From Octopus sinensis (Eukaryota), in contig NC_043003.1 in the NCBI RefSeq assembly GCF_006345805.1, positions 117,242,001-117,306,000 on the forward strand: a stretch of DNA of 64,000 nucleotides, given 5' to 3'. Positions 21,940-34,854 of this stretch are shown here, in pieces. Positions within the stretch are counted from its first letter, which is position 1. Each line of letters opens with the position of its first letter. Below the pieces are notes generated by a model. It worked only from the letters and a program-made list of their open reading frames with translations, was not told the DNA's origin and ran no database searches. The position numbers were made by a program, and so were the translations under genes.

Positions 21940-24859
21940 GGGGGGAGAGAGTGGAGACCAAATGGCGTATAAGAGCGAAGAGAGAAGATTAATTCCTGTT
22001 CACGGCGCAAACGGGAATCCGGATGGCCTCTGTGTAAGGACAAACCGAACACAGATAGGTGTTGCAAGGAGGACCGGTGGAGCGGAAATGGCGTGAGACC
22101 GGGTGTGTCGTTCGCAAGGTGGATGTCACGAAGGTGTTCCGCGAACCGGTCAGCCAAGCGGCGTCCCGTTTGTCCGATGTACAAGGAATTGCAGAGAGAG
22201 CAAGAGATGCAATAGATAATATTGCTGGAGGTGCAGGTGAAGGAGTGGATGATGGGATAGGGTCGATGGTGGGTGCTAGTGAGGCGGGTGGTGTTGGAGA
22301 GGTAAGGGCAAGTGCGGCAACGTGGGCGGGAGCAGGGGAACGAGCCGGGTTGGGAGGTAGGGTCAGGGAAGGAGCTATGGACCAAAAGGTCTCGAAGGTT
22401 GTGGGCTCGTTTGAAAGAGGGGAGGGGTCGGTTAGGGAAGAGGTGTGAAGTGGACGGGTCGGACTGGAGATGACGGAAAGCTCGAAGAATGGTGCGTTGG
22501 AGACGTAGGGTCGTGGGGTGGTAAGTGAGGGAAAAGGGAGGCGGGAGACTACAGGGCGGGTTCGGGGAGAGAGAGCAGATACACGGTCCACGGACCGTGC
22601 TCTGGCAAGGGCGGTGTGGATAGTGGTGAGGGGGTATCCACGTAGGGTGAAGTGGTGAGCCATACGTTGAGACTGAGTCTCAAAGTCATGGTCGTCACTA
22701 CAGAGCCTACGTAGACGGAGGGAGGAATGGAATTGGGGATGGAAAGCTTGGTGTGTTCTGGGTGGGAGGAAGAGAAGTTGAGGTATGAGTGTGAGTCTGT
22801 GTGTTTGTAGTGAATGGAGGTGGTAAGAGTGGAGTGAAGAATGCTAACCGAAATGTCGAGGAAGGAGACAGAGGTGTTGGAGATAGTGGAAGTGAAGTGG
22901 AGGGCTGGATGGAAAGATTGGACGAAAGAGAGGAAGGAATCTAGATGTTCGCGGGAGAGTGAGGTGGCACCGATAATGTCGTCAATATAACGACCATATA
23001 GTTCAGGAGTGGGACCAGTGAAATTAGAGAATATTTGGGCCTCAACATAGCCAACGAACAGGTTCGCATAGTTGGGGCCCATTCGCGTTCCCATGGCCAC
23101 TCCCGAGACCTGATGGTAGAACTCGCCCGCGAACGAGAAGCAGTTCAGAGTAAGGACAAGTTCGGCCAGACGAATGAGTGTGGAGGTGTCAGGTACAGGG
23201 TTAGAGCGGAGGTCAAGAAAGTGTCGAGGGCCTGCAGTCCTTCGTGGTGAGGGAAACAGTATAGAGGCTTTGGATGTCCATAGTAAAAAGGATTTTGGAG
23301 GAGCCGGGAGGAAAGAGAGAAAGAGTTGAAAAGCCGGAGAGCATGGTTGGTATCGTGGATGTGGGAGGGAAGAGATGCCACTAGGGGGGCAAGGACACGG
23401 TCGAGGTATTTAGAGATGAGCTCCGTGGGGCAGTTACAGGCGGAGACGATGGGCGGCCAGGGTTGTTGGGTTTGTGGATTTGGGGAGGAAGTAAATGGTG
23501 GGGGTACGTGGGGTTCGCACAATTAGGTTGGATGCGGTGCGGGGGAGACGGGAGGACGAGAGATGAGGTCTTGGACAGTAGAGGATACCGTCTGTTGGTA
23601 GCTACGTGTGGGGTTAGAGGCAGAGGGGAATAGAAGGAGGTGTCATTGAGTTGGCGGAAAGCCTCGGCCCTATAGAGGTCCGCGCGCCACACCACTACAG
23701 CTCCACCCTTGTCAGCCGGTTTGATGATAATGTCAGCGCGCCGTTGGAGGGAACGAAGAGCCAAGAGCTCAGCCGGGGAGATGTTGAGGCGGCGTTGGCG
23801 CCTGGAGAAGTTGAACCGCTCCAATGCACGCTGACAAGCGCCCGCGAAAAGATCCACTGCTAGGATCTGGCCAGGGGCAGGCGTCCACGGGGATGGGTCG
23901 GCGGCCCAGGCCAGTGAAGCAGTCGTCCTCTTCGTTGGGTGTGTGGGTGGCGAGTCGTGGTAATGCGCACCCAACCGGACACGGCGCACAAAGCTGTGGA
24001 CATCAACTCGCGTCTGGAATTCCTTACAGGATGGAGTGAGGGGGATGAAACGCAGACCCCTACCAAGGACGGAGCGTTCAGCCGCAGAGAGGGGAAGATC
24101 GGGGGGAATGGTAACAACAGACGGAAGTGGAGAAGGGGTGGGTGGAATAGAAGTAGGAGGGGTGGTAGGTCTCGTGGAGGTCTGAGGGGGAGGGATTGGA
24201 GAGGTGTGTGGGGTGGTTGTTGGGCGGGGGCGGGGCAGTAGGGTTAGGTGTAGGTGGATGGAGCCTAACGGAGGGGAGAAGGGGTTGTAGGGAGGGGCAG
24301 TGGGTTAGGTGTGGGTGGATGGAGCCTATCGGGAGGGGAGAAGGTGGTGGAAGGAGTTGGGGGAGTTGGGGTGGTAGTGGCGTCGGGTAGGGGGAATGGA
24401 AGAGTGATTGGAGTTTACGAAGTTTGGTATCAGAAAGAAATTGATGGAAGAGTTGATTCAATGGATAATGAAGCGTAGCGTGTTTGGAGCATAGAGAGGC
24501 GGCGAGAGAGAGGAGAAGAAGGTGGAGAAAGCAGGAGGAAGAAGGCGGTTGATGGCATGTAGTTTGGAGAGATTGAAGCGAATGGTGGCCCGCATAAGGC
24601 GGTAAGATGTGGTGCGGAGTATGGGTAAGATGAAGAATCCGAGTGGAGAGCAGGGTGGAAGTGGAGGCGGAAACCTTTAGGGGATGAGTCGGTGATGTAG
24701 GCAGCGGCTTAGGAAAGAGACATGGCTAGAGAAGCGGGTTTTTTTAAAAAGAAGTAGAGAGAGATTAACGGACGGCTGAAGGCAATATACAGGAAGCGAA
24801 CGTAGATGATCCTTCAAACGGTGATGGAGAGTGAGGAGGTAGGACCTAGGATCCGGCAT
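21940..24859 (-). pseudogene. PLE ORF (N-terminal domain, reverse transcriptase, GIY-YIG endonuclease) broken by frameshifts
   Basis: Probable ATG at 24859 (MPDPRSYLL...HVSFLSRCLHHRLIP). Segments tile through IIIKPADKGGAVVVW, RT, and EN ending RREQELIFSLRSYTPFGL. The 3' boundary is approximate. Confidence 0.88.
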
Positions 24860-25477
24860 GATGGGATAGCGGAAAAAAAACGTTCGAAAAAACAAAAAAA
24901 AACAAAAAACAAAAATTATCGTATGAAAAAAATAGAAAAAAAGGATAGCGAAAAAAGGGGAAAAACAAACGTTCAAAAAAAAAACAAAAAATATAATCGT
25001 ATGAAAAAACTAGATAAGTAAGCGATAGGGGCAGAAAAGACGGGGCAAACGGAAAAGGGAAAGAAAGAAGGGAAGCAGAGAGAGGGGAGGCAAAAAAAGG
25101 GGGGTGCAGGCAGAGGAACGGAGTATGGACATCCAGAGAGGGAAGAAGACGGAAAGGAGAACAAAAATTCAGGAAAATGTGGAAGCATGAAATGAATGTA
25201 AAAAAAGTGGTAATATAAGAGAAATAAAAATACAACAAACGGGACAGTTTATGCGAACAAGTTCAAGGTTGAAAGTTCAAGGTGAGAAATGTGTAGACGT
25301 CGTGGTATATTTTTTAAGGATTTCACATCAATGCAAAGTCACTTTGATCCGCGAAAGAGAGGTGCAGCCAATGGTAAGTATCCAAGAGGTAAAGAAAATC
25401 CAAGGTAGAGGTAAGTGTTGATAGTGGTATTGGTAGAATATAGGATGAAAGTGAGACCACGTGAGCGCATAATATAT

Positions 25478-26212
25478 AACGGGAAGCTTTATGAAAATAA
25501 ACAAAAGACGAAGGCAGGTGGAAAACAAACGAACAATTGTATTAGTATGGCGCTCAGGAAATATAAATAAAACAAGTCTTTAACGTTTCGAGCCTACGCT
25601 CTTCAACAGAAAGATACACAGAGAGAGAAAAAACACAGAAAGAAGGAGAGAAAAAAATGCGTGCAGTAGCTAACGAATCAACTGGCGATCTGATTTCGGC
25701 CAGAGGTCAAAGATCAAACATGAGACGCGAGAGCGAAATAAGGAGAGATAATAGGGTTGATAAAAGGGTTGAGGACCAGCTAAAAGTGCGTGGGAGGGGT
25801 CTGGATGTGTGTATGTATAGGGTTGGTGTATGTATTAGTATTATAAGGGTGTGGTGTGTGTGTGTGTGTATGAGAGAGTATTAGTGCGTAAGATTGGTCT
25901 GGACGTGCGTATGTATGGGGTTGGTGTATGTATTAGTATGTATTAGTATGTATTAGTACGTTTGGTATGTATAGGTGTGTGTGTGTTGTGTGAGAGAGAG
26001 AGTATAAGTGCGTATGCGGGGTCTGGACGTGTGTATGTATAGGGTTGGTGTAAGTATTAGTATGTACTATTATGTATTAGTACTATTAGTATGTATTAGT
26101 TGGTGTGTGTATTAGTATGGCACATCATATGTGATGTGATGTGTAAAGTCATGTGGTGTAGTGAGGAGAAGAGGGGGAAAAAGAAGAAGAGGGGGAGGGG
26201 GAGGGGGAGAAG
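25478..26212 (-). repeat. PLE pseudo-LTR, upstream copy
   Basis: Direct repeat of 20955-21685; differences are mostly small indels. Confidence 0.92.
25577..25614 (-). ncRNA. Minimal hammerhead variant in pseudo-LTR (all stems intact)
   Basis: UCUUU-CUGUUGA-A-GAGC-GUAG-GCUC-GAAAC-GU-U-AAAGA: stem I 5 bp, stem II 4 bp, stem III palindromic ACGU. Confidence 0.68.
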
Positions 26213-26263
<51 letters not shown>

Positions 26264-26264
<1 letters not shown>

Positions 26265-27368
26265 TGGGTTGTCCAGAAAGTTCGTGCCGATTTATAGTAG
26301 CTTACCTTCGACTTATTTTAGAATATGGTCGAGTCCATAAAATAGGATTTGACTACACCTCCATTTAGAGCACAGTTTAAGCTTTCTTTTCGTGGAAGAA
26401 GGTATATGTTCCTATAACCTGTGTTAATTCTGTAACCATTTAAAATGGAAGATAAGAAAGTTTATTTTCGGCACTTGACGCTTTTCTTTTTCCGTAAAGG
26501 GAAAAATGCCTCACAAGCAACCAAAGAAATATGCGCAGTTTACGGTGATGTTTCTTTATCCGAAAGAACTGTGCCTGGTAAAACATGAGTACCTGGTAAA
26601 GCGTGGGTACACAAATCGCCCGATGTTTGGGTACCACATAAGTTGAGTGAGAAGAACCTTTTGGGTCACATTTCCATCTGAGATTCGCTTTATAAACGGA
26701 ATGAAAACACGCCTTTTTTAAAGCAAATTGTGACAGGTGATGAAAAATGGATTATCTACTGAAATGTTCAGAGAAAGCGATCCTGGAGTAAGCGACATGA
26801 GCCACCCTTAGCCACCCAAAAGCGGGTCTTCGCCCTAAAGATGTTTTGCTTTGTGCCTGGTGAGATTGGAAGGAATTCTGTACTATGAGCTTCTCCCAAG
26901 TAACCAGACAATTAATTCTGAGAAATACTACACACAACTGGATGAGTTAAAAGCAACAATTCAAGAGAAACGTCCAGAATTGGTCAACATGAAGGGTGTT
27001 GTTTTCCAACATGATAATGCAAGACCGTACGTTTCTTTGGGAACTAGGCAAAAATTGCTGCAGCTCGGCTGCATTGTGTTACCCCGCCCTCCATATTCCC
27101 CAAATTTTGTGACTTCGGATTTCCACCTATTCAGGTCTTAATGGTAAAGATTTTAATTCCTTGGATGACGTAAAAAGATACCTTTATGAATTTTTGCCAT
27201 GAAACCACCTCAGTTCTGGGAAGAGGGTATTTTCAAGTTGACGGAAAGATGGAGACGCATTGTGCAGCAAAATGGTTCATATTTGGTTGATTAGAAATGT
27301 AATGGCAAGTATTCATTGACCTTTTTTCTTTCCTTTAAAAATCGGCACGAACTTTCCGGACAACCCAA
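26264..27368 (+). mobile_element. Mariner element (mellifera-like), 30-bp TIRs, TA TSD
   Basis: ttgggttgtccagaaagttcgtgccgattt and aaatcggcacgaactttccggacaacccaa (1 mismatch), within (TA)n. Confidence 0.95.
26445..27294 (+). pseudogene. Mariner DD34D transposase, internally deleted, with stops and frameshifts
   Basis: MEDKKVYFRH, WVPH, IVTGDEKW, FQHDNARP, PPYSPNFVTSDFHLFRS, ending GSYLVD*. Confidence 0.93.
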
Positions 27369-27499
27369 TATATATATATTCAACTGAAGAACCAGTCAAT
27401 TGGATGTTTAACACAACCGTTTGAAGGATTTATTTTCCTTAGTTTGTTACATTATATGTATATATATATGTCACTCTCGCATACACACGCACGCGCACC

Positions 27500-27730
27500 T
27501 TAGTTTTGGGATCACCACTACTTTATTATCTCCCCTTCTTCCTAGCTCTCCTCTCTGACCATCTCTGACTGGCATTCGCCATGATAGATCGCTAGCCACT
27601 AAACCTTCTTCGTTTTATTTCTCTCTCTTTTTATTTCTGTGTTCCTTTTTGTCGAAGAGCGTTGGCTCGAAATATAAAAGACTTACTTCCTGGGCGTTGA
27701 ACAAATATATCTGTTTGTTGTTTCACACCC
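27500..27730 (+). mobile_element. Older solo pseudo-LTR related to the large PLE, with decayed hammerhead (27646-27682)
   Basis: Co-linear motifs tattatctcccc, tcgccatg, gaagagcgt(t)ggctcgaaa...aaagact, ttcctg.gcg. Confidence 0.7.
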
Positions 27731-27904
27731 GTGTGTGTGTGTGTGTGTGTGTGTTGTATGTATATGTATATATATAAGCTGTATTACGTAAACAGGTAAT
27801 ATGTTCTGTATTTAAACATATTATCATTGTTATTCATGCGAACAAAAAATTTGACACACACACATTTACTTAAAAGCATATATACATTTGTGCAATGCAT
27901 GAGT

Positions 27905-28312
27905 GGCGCAGGAGTGGCTGTGTGGTAAGTAGCTTGCTAACCAACCACATGGTTCCGGGTTCATTCCCACTGCGTGGCATCTTGGGCAAGTGTCTTCTGC
28001 TATAGCCCCGGGTCGACCAAAGCCTTGTGAGTGGATTTGGTAGACGGAAACTGAAAGAAGCCTGTCGTATATATGTACATATATATATGTATGTGTGTGT
28101 GTTTGTGTATCTGTGTTTGTCCCCCTAGCATTGCTTGACAACCGATGCTGGTGTGTTTACGTCCCCGTCACTTAGCGGTTCGGCAAAAGAAACCGATAGA
28201 ATAAGTACTGGGCTTACAAAGAATAAGTCCCGGGGTCGATTTGCTCGACTAAAGGCGGTGCTCCAGCATGGCCGCAGTCAAATGACTGAAACAAATAAAA
28301 GAGTAAAAAGAG
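27905..28312 (+). mobile_element. SINE C, full-length
   Basis: ggcgcaggagtggctgtgtggtaag...gactgaaacaaataaaagagt. Confidence 0.93.
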
Positions 28313-28719
28313 AGAGTGCGTGTGTTTCTATATTTGCTATTTTCTCCTATTTTCCTTCTGCGATTCCAACTCTCATAGTCATCTATATTTTTCTCTCTAC
28401 GAGTTTTTCTCCTCTGGAGTCTGTTTCTATGTCCTGGTTTCTACGATCCAATCTTTTCTATTCAATCTATTACATCTTAGTTCCACTACAGTCCTCACCA
28501 ATTCCAATTTAATATTGATTTTCCTGTTCTTCACCTTCTAATTTTTATTCAATATATTCCGTTCATTTTTTTCACCCATTCTTTCTAGTTTTCTTTCAGA
28601 ACAAACATCAAGTCTTTTCCTCTCTTATAATGCCATATTTTTCTTGCCATAAGCTGCTTACATCTCCCAAATAACATATCACATCGACATAGGTTTCTGC
28701 TAAGCCAGAATTTTATACA

Positions 28720-28812
28720 CATACACACACGCACACATGCACAAACACACACGCACACACAAACTCAAACACATACGCACACACGCACATATACTCACGC
28801 ACCTAAACAGAA

Positions 28813-28848
<36 letters not shown>

Positions 28849-29159
28849 TATAATATTATATATTATATATATATATATATAATATATATATATACATATA
28901 TATATATACATATTATATATATGTACATTTGCATGCATACATACATATATATATAGATATATAGATATATATACATGCATATATATATATATATATATTA
29001 TATATATTCACGCGTTGTGCGCAATGATAGACCGACATATTTATTTGTTTTCTCATAGAAAATAAATGCAAACATATGCAGATTATGTATGTGTGCCATA
29101 CATACATACGCACATGTATATTGTCATACTATACAGACGTAAATATATATATATATATT

Positions 29160-29190
<31 letters not shown>

Positions 29191-29457
29191 TCATATACAT
29201 CCATATATACATATATAAATTATGTATGCATATATATATATTTATACATGTATATATTCACTTACCTTTTTACAAAAGGAGGATCCGTCATTTTATTGTA
29301 AATATATTCCCAATATTTTTTTCTGTACTCTGTTCACTTGATTCTTATACACGGACGAATTTTTATTGTTTTTTTAAATCTTGTTCCTGCTATTTTGCTT
29401 TTTCATTTATTCATACACATACACACATATATCTTTATACATACATGCATATATTTT

Positions 29458-29538
<81 letters not shown>

Positions 29539-29550
29539 TGTATGTAATGC
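28720..29550. repeat. (CA)n/(TA)n-rich microsatellite region
   Basis: Several long runs separated by short unique spacers. Confidence 0.9.
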
Positions 29551-29825
29551 TTTTTATTTTTCATTTTTCCTCATACCGTAATTCTGTCCAATTCTACGTC
29601 TTTATAATATCCATGCAACTACAAGACTCTACGAATTTTTTTCTGATGAAGTGCACTATTTTTATTTATTTTATCGTTCTATTTGTTTTCTCAATTTAGC
29701 TTACACCATATATATTTTAACTGCTTTTCATCCTAGAATCCACTTATATACATATGCACACCCACAGACTTACATACATGCATATTTATATACTTTATGT
29801 ATGTATGCCTGTATGTAATTATGTC

Positions 29826-29857
<32 letters not shown>

Positions 29858-30526
29858 ATATATATATATGTTCGTATGTATGTATGTATGTATAATCTAC
29901 CGACTTATAGATCAATTACTCTAGTACACCGCATATTCGATTTTCAAATTTCACAAGTAAGATCCCGCAAATGCTATTTGTAGATGTAGAATATAGATTG
30001 GGTTTGTGAACGAATATTTAATATGCAATGTTTATCATTTGAAATCATTCTATCCTTCAGATAATGTCTTTCGTAAATGAATGCATGGTACAACGACCAT
30101 TTCCCGTTGTTACTGTATAAAATCAATCAGCTGAGCTTGATTGATTATCTGCTACAAGAGTTCTGTTGTTTCTCTTTTTCTGTTGACATTATTCTAAATT
30201 CTCCGCGCATCATTTCACTAAATCAGGCTTCGAATGTCAAAAACTATTTTAACCAAATGAGAGATAGACAACGACCAACAGCATAATCGCTTCTAAATTT
30301 CCTCGCATAACCTGTATGATTTTGCCCCCTATTAAAATTAACATTTTGGTATATTTGAATAAAGATATTTTTAATTTCTATTTTCACCATCCTATTTTTA
30401 TACACTCCACACCTTGCAGTCCACGGCCATCACTTCCAATCTTTCATTCTGTTTCCATCTCAGCGCCTACATTCACTTCTTTCTCGCTTCTTCTGTTCAC
30501 CAATCTATCTTTCAATCATGATATAT

Positions 30527-30742
30527 TCTTTTACTCTTTACTCTTTTACTTGTTTCAGTCATTTGACTGCGGCCATGCTGGGGCACCGCCTTTAGTCGAG
30601 CAACTCGACCCCGGGACTTATTCTTTTTTTTTTGTAAGACCAGTACTTATTCTATCGGTCTCTTTTGCCGAACCGCTAAGTGACGGCGACATAAACACAC
30701 CACCATCGGTTGTCAAGCAATGCTAGGGTGGGACAAACACAG

Positions 30743-30773
<31 letters not shown>

Positions 30774-30948
30774 TATACATTTAATATATATATATACATA
30801 TATACGACGGGCTTCTTTCAGTTTCCGTCTACCAAATCCACTCACAAGGCTTTGGTCGGCCCGAGGCTATAGTAGAAGACACTTACCCAAGGTGCCACGC
30901 AGTGGGACTGAACCTGGAACCATGTGGTTGGTAAACAAGCTACTTACC
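30527..30948 (-). mobile_element. SINE C, head lacks about 20 nt
   Basis: Inverted relative to the 27905 copy. Confidence 0.92.
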
Positions 30949-31040
30949 TATATATTAATATTATTATAACAATTACTATATAGTATTATTATTATAACAA
31001 TTACTATATATTAATATTATTATAACAATTACTACATATA
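30949..31040. repeat. Tandem repeat of about 29 bp, three copies
   Basis: Unit tatattaatattattataacaattacta, with variants. Confidence 0.85.
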
Positions 31041-31744
31041 GCAAGGATCACAAATGAAATTACATTCCATATCATTATTTTATAAATTTTTGTTTTAAGA
31101 TAATGGTCCTGGGAAGGGAGATTGGTAAAAACGTTTGACAGTTGTACCAAATACAGCATTTGTCTCAAGCTTTTATATCTTTTTTTGATATCCCGGAATT
31201 CGACAAAATTCAGTCACTCTCATATCCTGGGGTTCATGTAGTCTACTAAAACCTAATCCTCATATTGCTGATCTTATGTTTAAATCGCAAACAAGTGGAA
31301 TTCACTAAAATTTATTTAATATTCTATTATTATTGGTTTATTTATGTATACATTTATTCCTTTCCTTATAAATATTAAAATGTTTTACGAAAAGTTTCTT
31401 TCGCCTTTCATATTTCACAATTTCATAACTTCTGATTTTGGCTACAAGTTTGAACAGGACATTTAGAAGATCTAGTCTTATACTTACTAAAGCTACAATA
31501 GTAAATGTATGACATAAACCAGCACCAGCAGAAGCTCGCCTAGACGGTGTGGGGTTTCTCCTATTTAGACTAATGATCTTTCTCATCACAAAGTCTATCA
31601 TTCAAATGCACTGAAATTCCACTTGTACTGCAAAGCGCCCCTTTTTGCTAAAATATTTTCTAGCAGAAGGCACCCATTACATGACCAATGGAGTTCAGCG
31701 ATTTAACATTTTCGACCACATTGAATATCCAGAAAGATCTTTTA

Positions 31745-32110
31745 CGTTTTACTTGTTTTCGCCTTTGGAGTGCGGCCGGGATGAAGAATCGCTTGGCAGA
31801 GTTTACTCGAACAGATCAACCCTAGTTCTTATTTTCTTAAATCTGCCAGTTATTCCACCCGTCTCTTCTACAAAAACTGTTGAGTTTCAGGGTAGTAAGC
31901 AAACATCTATGAAGGACCATACACAGCTACAAATGCATACGCACATACGTATAGGGCGAGTCTCCATTCAATTTCTGCCTACTAAATTCTCTTATAAGGC
32001 ATTGGTCGTCCCGAGGCTACAGTAGAAGACACTTGCCTGAGGTACCACATAATGAGACTGAACCCATGACCACGTTGTTGCAAAGCGAGCTTCCTAACCA
32101 CACAGCCATG
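31745..32110 (-). mobile_element. Old degenerate SINE C
   Basis: Tail ttttacttgttt...gagtgcggcc and head agtagaagacacttgcc...aaccacacagccatg. Confidence 0.65.
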
Positions 32111-32869
32111 TACTTCAAATTGTTGAAAGAATTTCTGGACACTTGATAGAAGTCCATTGTATGGCTGCAGTCAAATGTAAAGACGGCGGCAAGAATGGAA
32201 GACCAATCCATTTGAATCGGTGGGAATGTAGGTTTCGAAGATGAGCACAGGAGCACGTTACTAGAATGATAGAAAGAAACGGTCGAATATTTTGTTTCTT
32301 TTACTTATTTTAGTGAAGCTGGATCGGGAAAAGCAGGAAAGAAAACAAACGCTGAATATTGAATTGAAAACGTAAAGGAAAAGAAACTTAGCTTTAACCA
32401 AACATTTTTGCTTATTGTGCTACCGTTTCTGCCACCCAAACCTCGCTGGGAAAAAAGACAGCACGTATAACCAAATGTTGAGCTTCTACAGTGCAAGAAT
32501 CCATTATATTGTCTTGATTCCCAGTTGGAACCATTTCCTATTACCAAGGTGTCGTCTATCATTCTACAAAACGTCATTCATTCTAAGAAATAAATAATTT
32601 CGATATTGAAATTTGTAAAAGATTTCAGAATTTTCAGCTTCTACGAATGCAAGTCTTTAAAAACTGTTTTAAAACTTAGTTTATTTTTCTGTGCTAAGTT
32701 ACATAAGCAATTAATAATATTCATGCAGTATTTCCCACAAGAGAGGAATATATTTAACAAAAAAAGAGAAAGAAATACATGAACGTGAAATAGTGATGAT
32801 AATATAAATTTTCAATGGAGAATGTAGCGCCTGCAGTGCAAAAAAAAATGTCGTTCCTTCTCCAAGTTT

Positions 32870-33175
32870 TATATATTCAAATGTATGTATATGCGTGCAT
32901 ATATATATATATATATATATAGAAGAGAGAGAGAGAGAGAGAGAGACTGATAGACAGGTGTATAGATATAGATGTATACATACGTACATTTGCATATGTA
33001 TATAAAATTACTTCTCTAAATATATATATATATATATATATATACATTCGTACACACATACATAATACATACATATACGTGTGCGTGTGCTCGCGTGCGT
33101 GTGTATACGTGTGTGCGTGCGCGTGTGCATGTATGTATATGTATGTGTGTGTGTGTGTGTGTATGTATGTATATG

Positions 33176-33233
<58 letters not shown>

Positions 33234-33502
33234 ACATATAATATATATATATGTATGTATGTATGCGTATGTGCCTGTATGCATATACATACATTAAATG
33301 ACAATATATTAGAGTTTCGGATGTAGAGATCAGGTGGTGAGGAGAGGGGAGGGGGATAGAAAGAAAAAGACACGGCACTAGAGGGGCCAATGGATTCAGG
33401 TAGACGGACGGACAGTCGGACAGACGGACGGACAAATAGATAAGTACATATATACTGCGTAGGGTATACATATATGTTTCTGTGTATGTATGTGTTTGTA
33501 TG

Positions 33503-33534
<32 letters not shown>

Positions 33535-33668
33535 GTGCATGTGTGTGTGTGTGTGTGTAGGAGAGAGAGAGAGAGAGAGATACACACATACATACATACA
33601 TACATACATACATACATACATACATACGTACATATGTACAGATAGATGTATGTGTAATTATATATATA

Positions 33669-33750
<82 letters not shown>

Positions 33751-34012
33751 ATATTCGTAGTAGTAAGGAACTATTACAATGAAGTTCAGAAGAGGCAGTT
33801 AGGAAATTGTGGAAAGAAATTGAAAATGGACGAAAATATCAAAAGTCCGTGAACATCTGTTATCAGGAGAATAATGCAATGTCATATTTGACGAAATAAA
33901 TGGATTGAAAATGTTTCTCGACGTTTCACCTTCCATCATCCATCATTATTCGTTTGTAATCTTTTTCTTACTTCTTTCTTTTCATTCATATACACACACA
34001 CACACACACACG

Positions 34013-34055
<43 letters not shown>

Positions 34056-34154
34056 ATATATATATACATAATATATATACATACATACACACATTTATAT
34101 ATATATATATATGTCCATACACACACACACACATACATATATATATATATTTTA

Positions 34155-34231
<77 letters not shown>

Positions 34232-34233
34232 AC

Positions 34234-34268
<35 letters not shown>

Positions 34269-34280
34269 CATATATATATA
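32870..34280. repeat. Large compound (TA)/(TG)/(GA)/(TACA) microsatellite region
   Basis: Directly visible. Confidence 0.92.
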
Positions 34281-34679
34281 AGGAGACATTTTGCGTGCGA
34301 GGGTAAATGTCTAAATTGGTGTGTGTTGTGCTTGTTTATGCTACAGTTTTTTGCTGGGAGGTTTTTTTTCCTTCTTAATTCGGCGTCTTCTATTTGTTTT
34401 TTTTCTTCTTTTTTTTTGTTTTGTTTTTGATGGCGTTGTTTGTGGCTGTTGACGGTGATGGCAATAGCAATGGTCGAAGGTGGGAGAGCGTCAACCGTTG
34501 ATATGCAGTTTATATCACTGAAAATACTTTTAAGCCTGCCCTTAATGTGATATATTGTTGAACGGTACGCATACCCCTCCCCTCATATTTTCCTCCCTCT
34601 TTTTCCCTTCTTTTTTTCCTGTATTTTCTTTTCTTTCTCATCAAATTTATCATTTTCATCAACATCATGACCACTATGG

Positions 34680-34686
34680 TATTGTT

Positions 34687-34724
<38 letters not shown>

Positions 34725-34788
34725 TATTATCATTATTATTATTATCATCATCATCATTATTAATATATGTTGTTGTTGTGGTTGTTGC

Positions 34789-34831
<43 letters not shown>

Positions 34832-34835
34832 TAGT
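34680..34835. repeat. (CAT)/(TTA)/(AGT) microsatellite
   Basis: Directly visible. Confidence 0.95.
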
Positions 34836-34854
34836 AGTAGCGGTGGTTGTAAAG

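Larger units (their letters stand above)
20955..26212 (-). mobile_element. Penelope-like element (Poseidon-type), near full-length, partial-tandem structure
   Basis: RT motifs MGTRMGPNYANLF and YIDD, Cys linker PCSRPRCRTC, GIY-YIG IIYCISC..CNSLYIGQTGRRLADRFAEH, and two ~730-bp direct repeats. Both ends lie in (TA)n. Confidence 0.95.

Noticed and set aside
31488-31560. Candidate minus-strand 73-nt exon ending at GTAAGT (RNPTPS...FTIVAL)
   Set aside because: Acceptor lacks a pyrimidine tract and the peptide is unrecognised; phase compatibility with 7783-7672 is a one-in-three chance.
32314-32371. Candidate plus-strand 58-nt exon (KLDREKQERKQTLNIELK) with a strong pyrimidine tract
   Set aside because: Too short to identify and cannot be linked to other exons from sequence alone.
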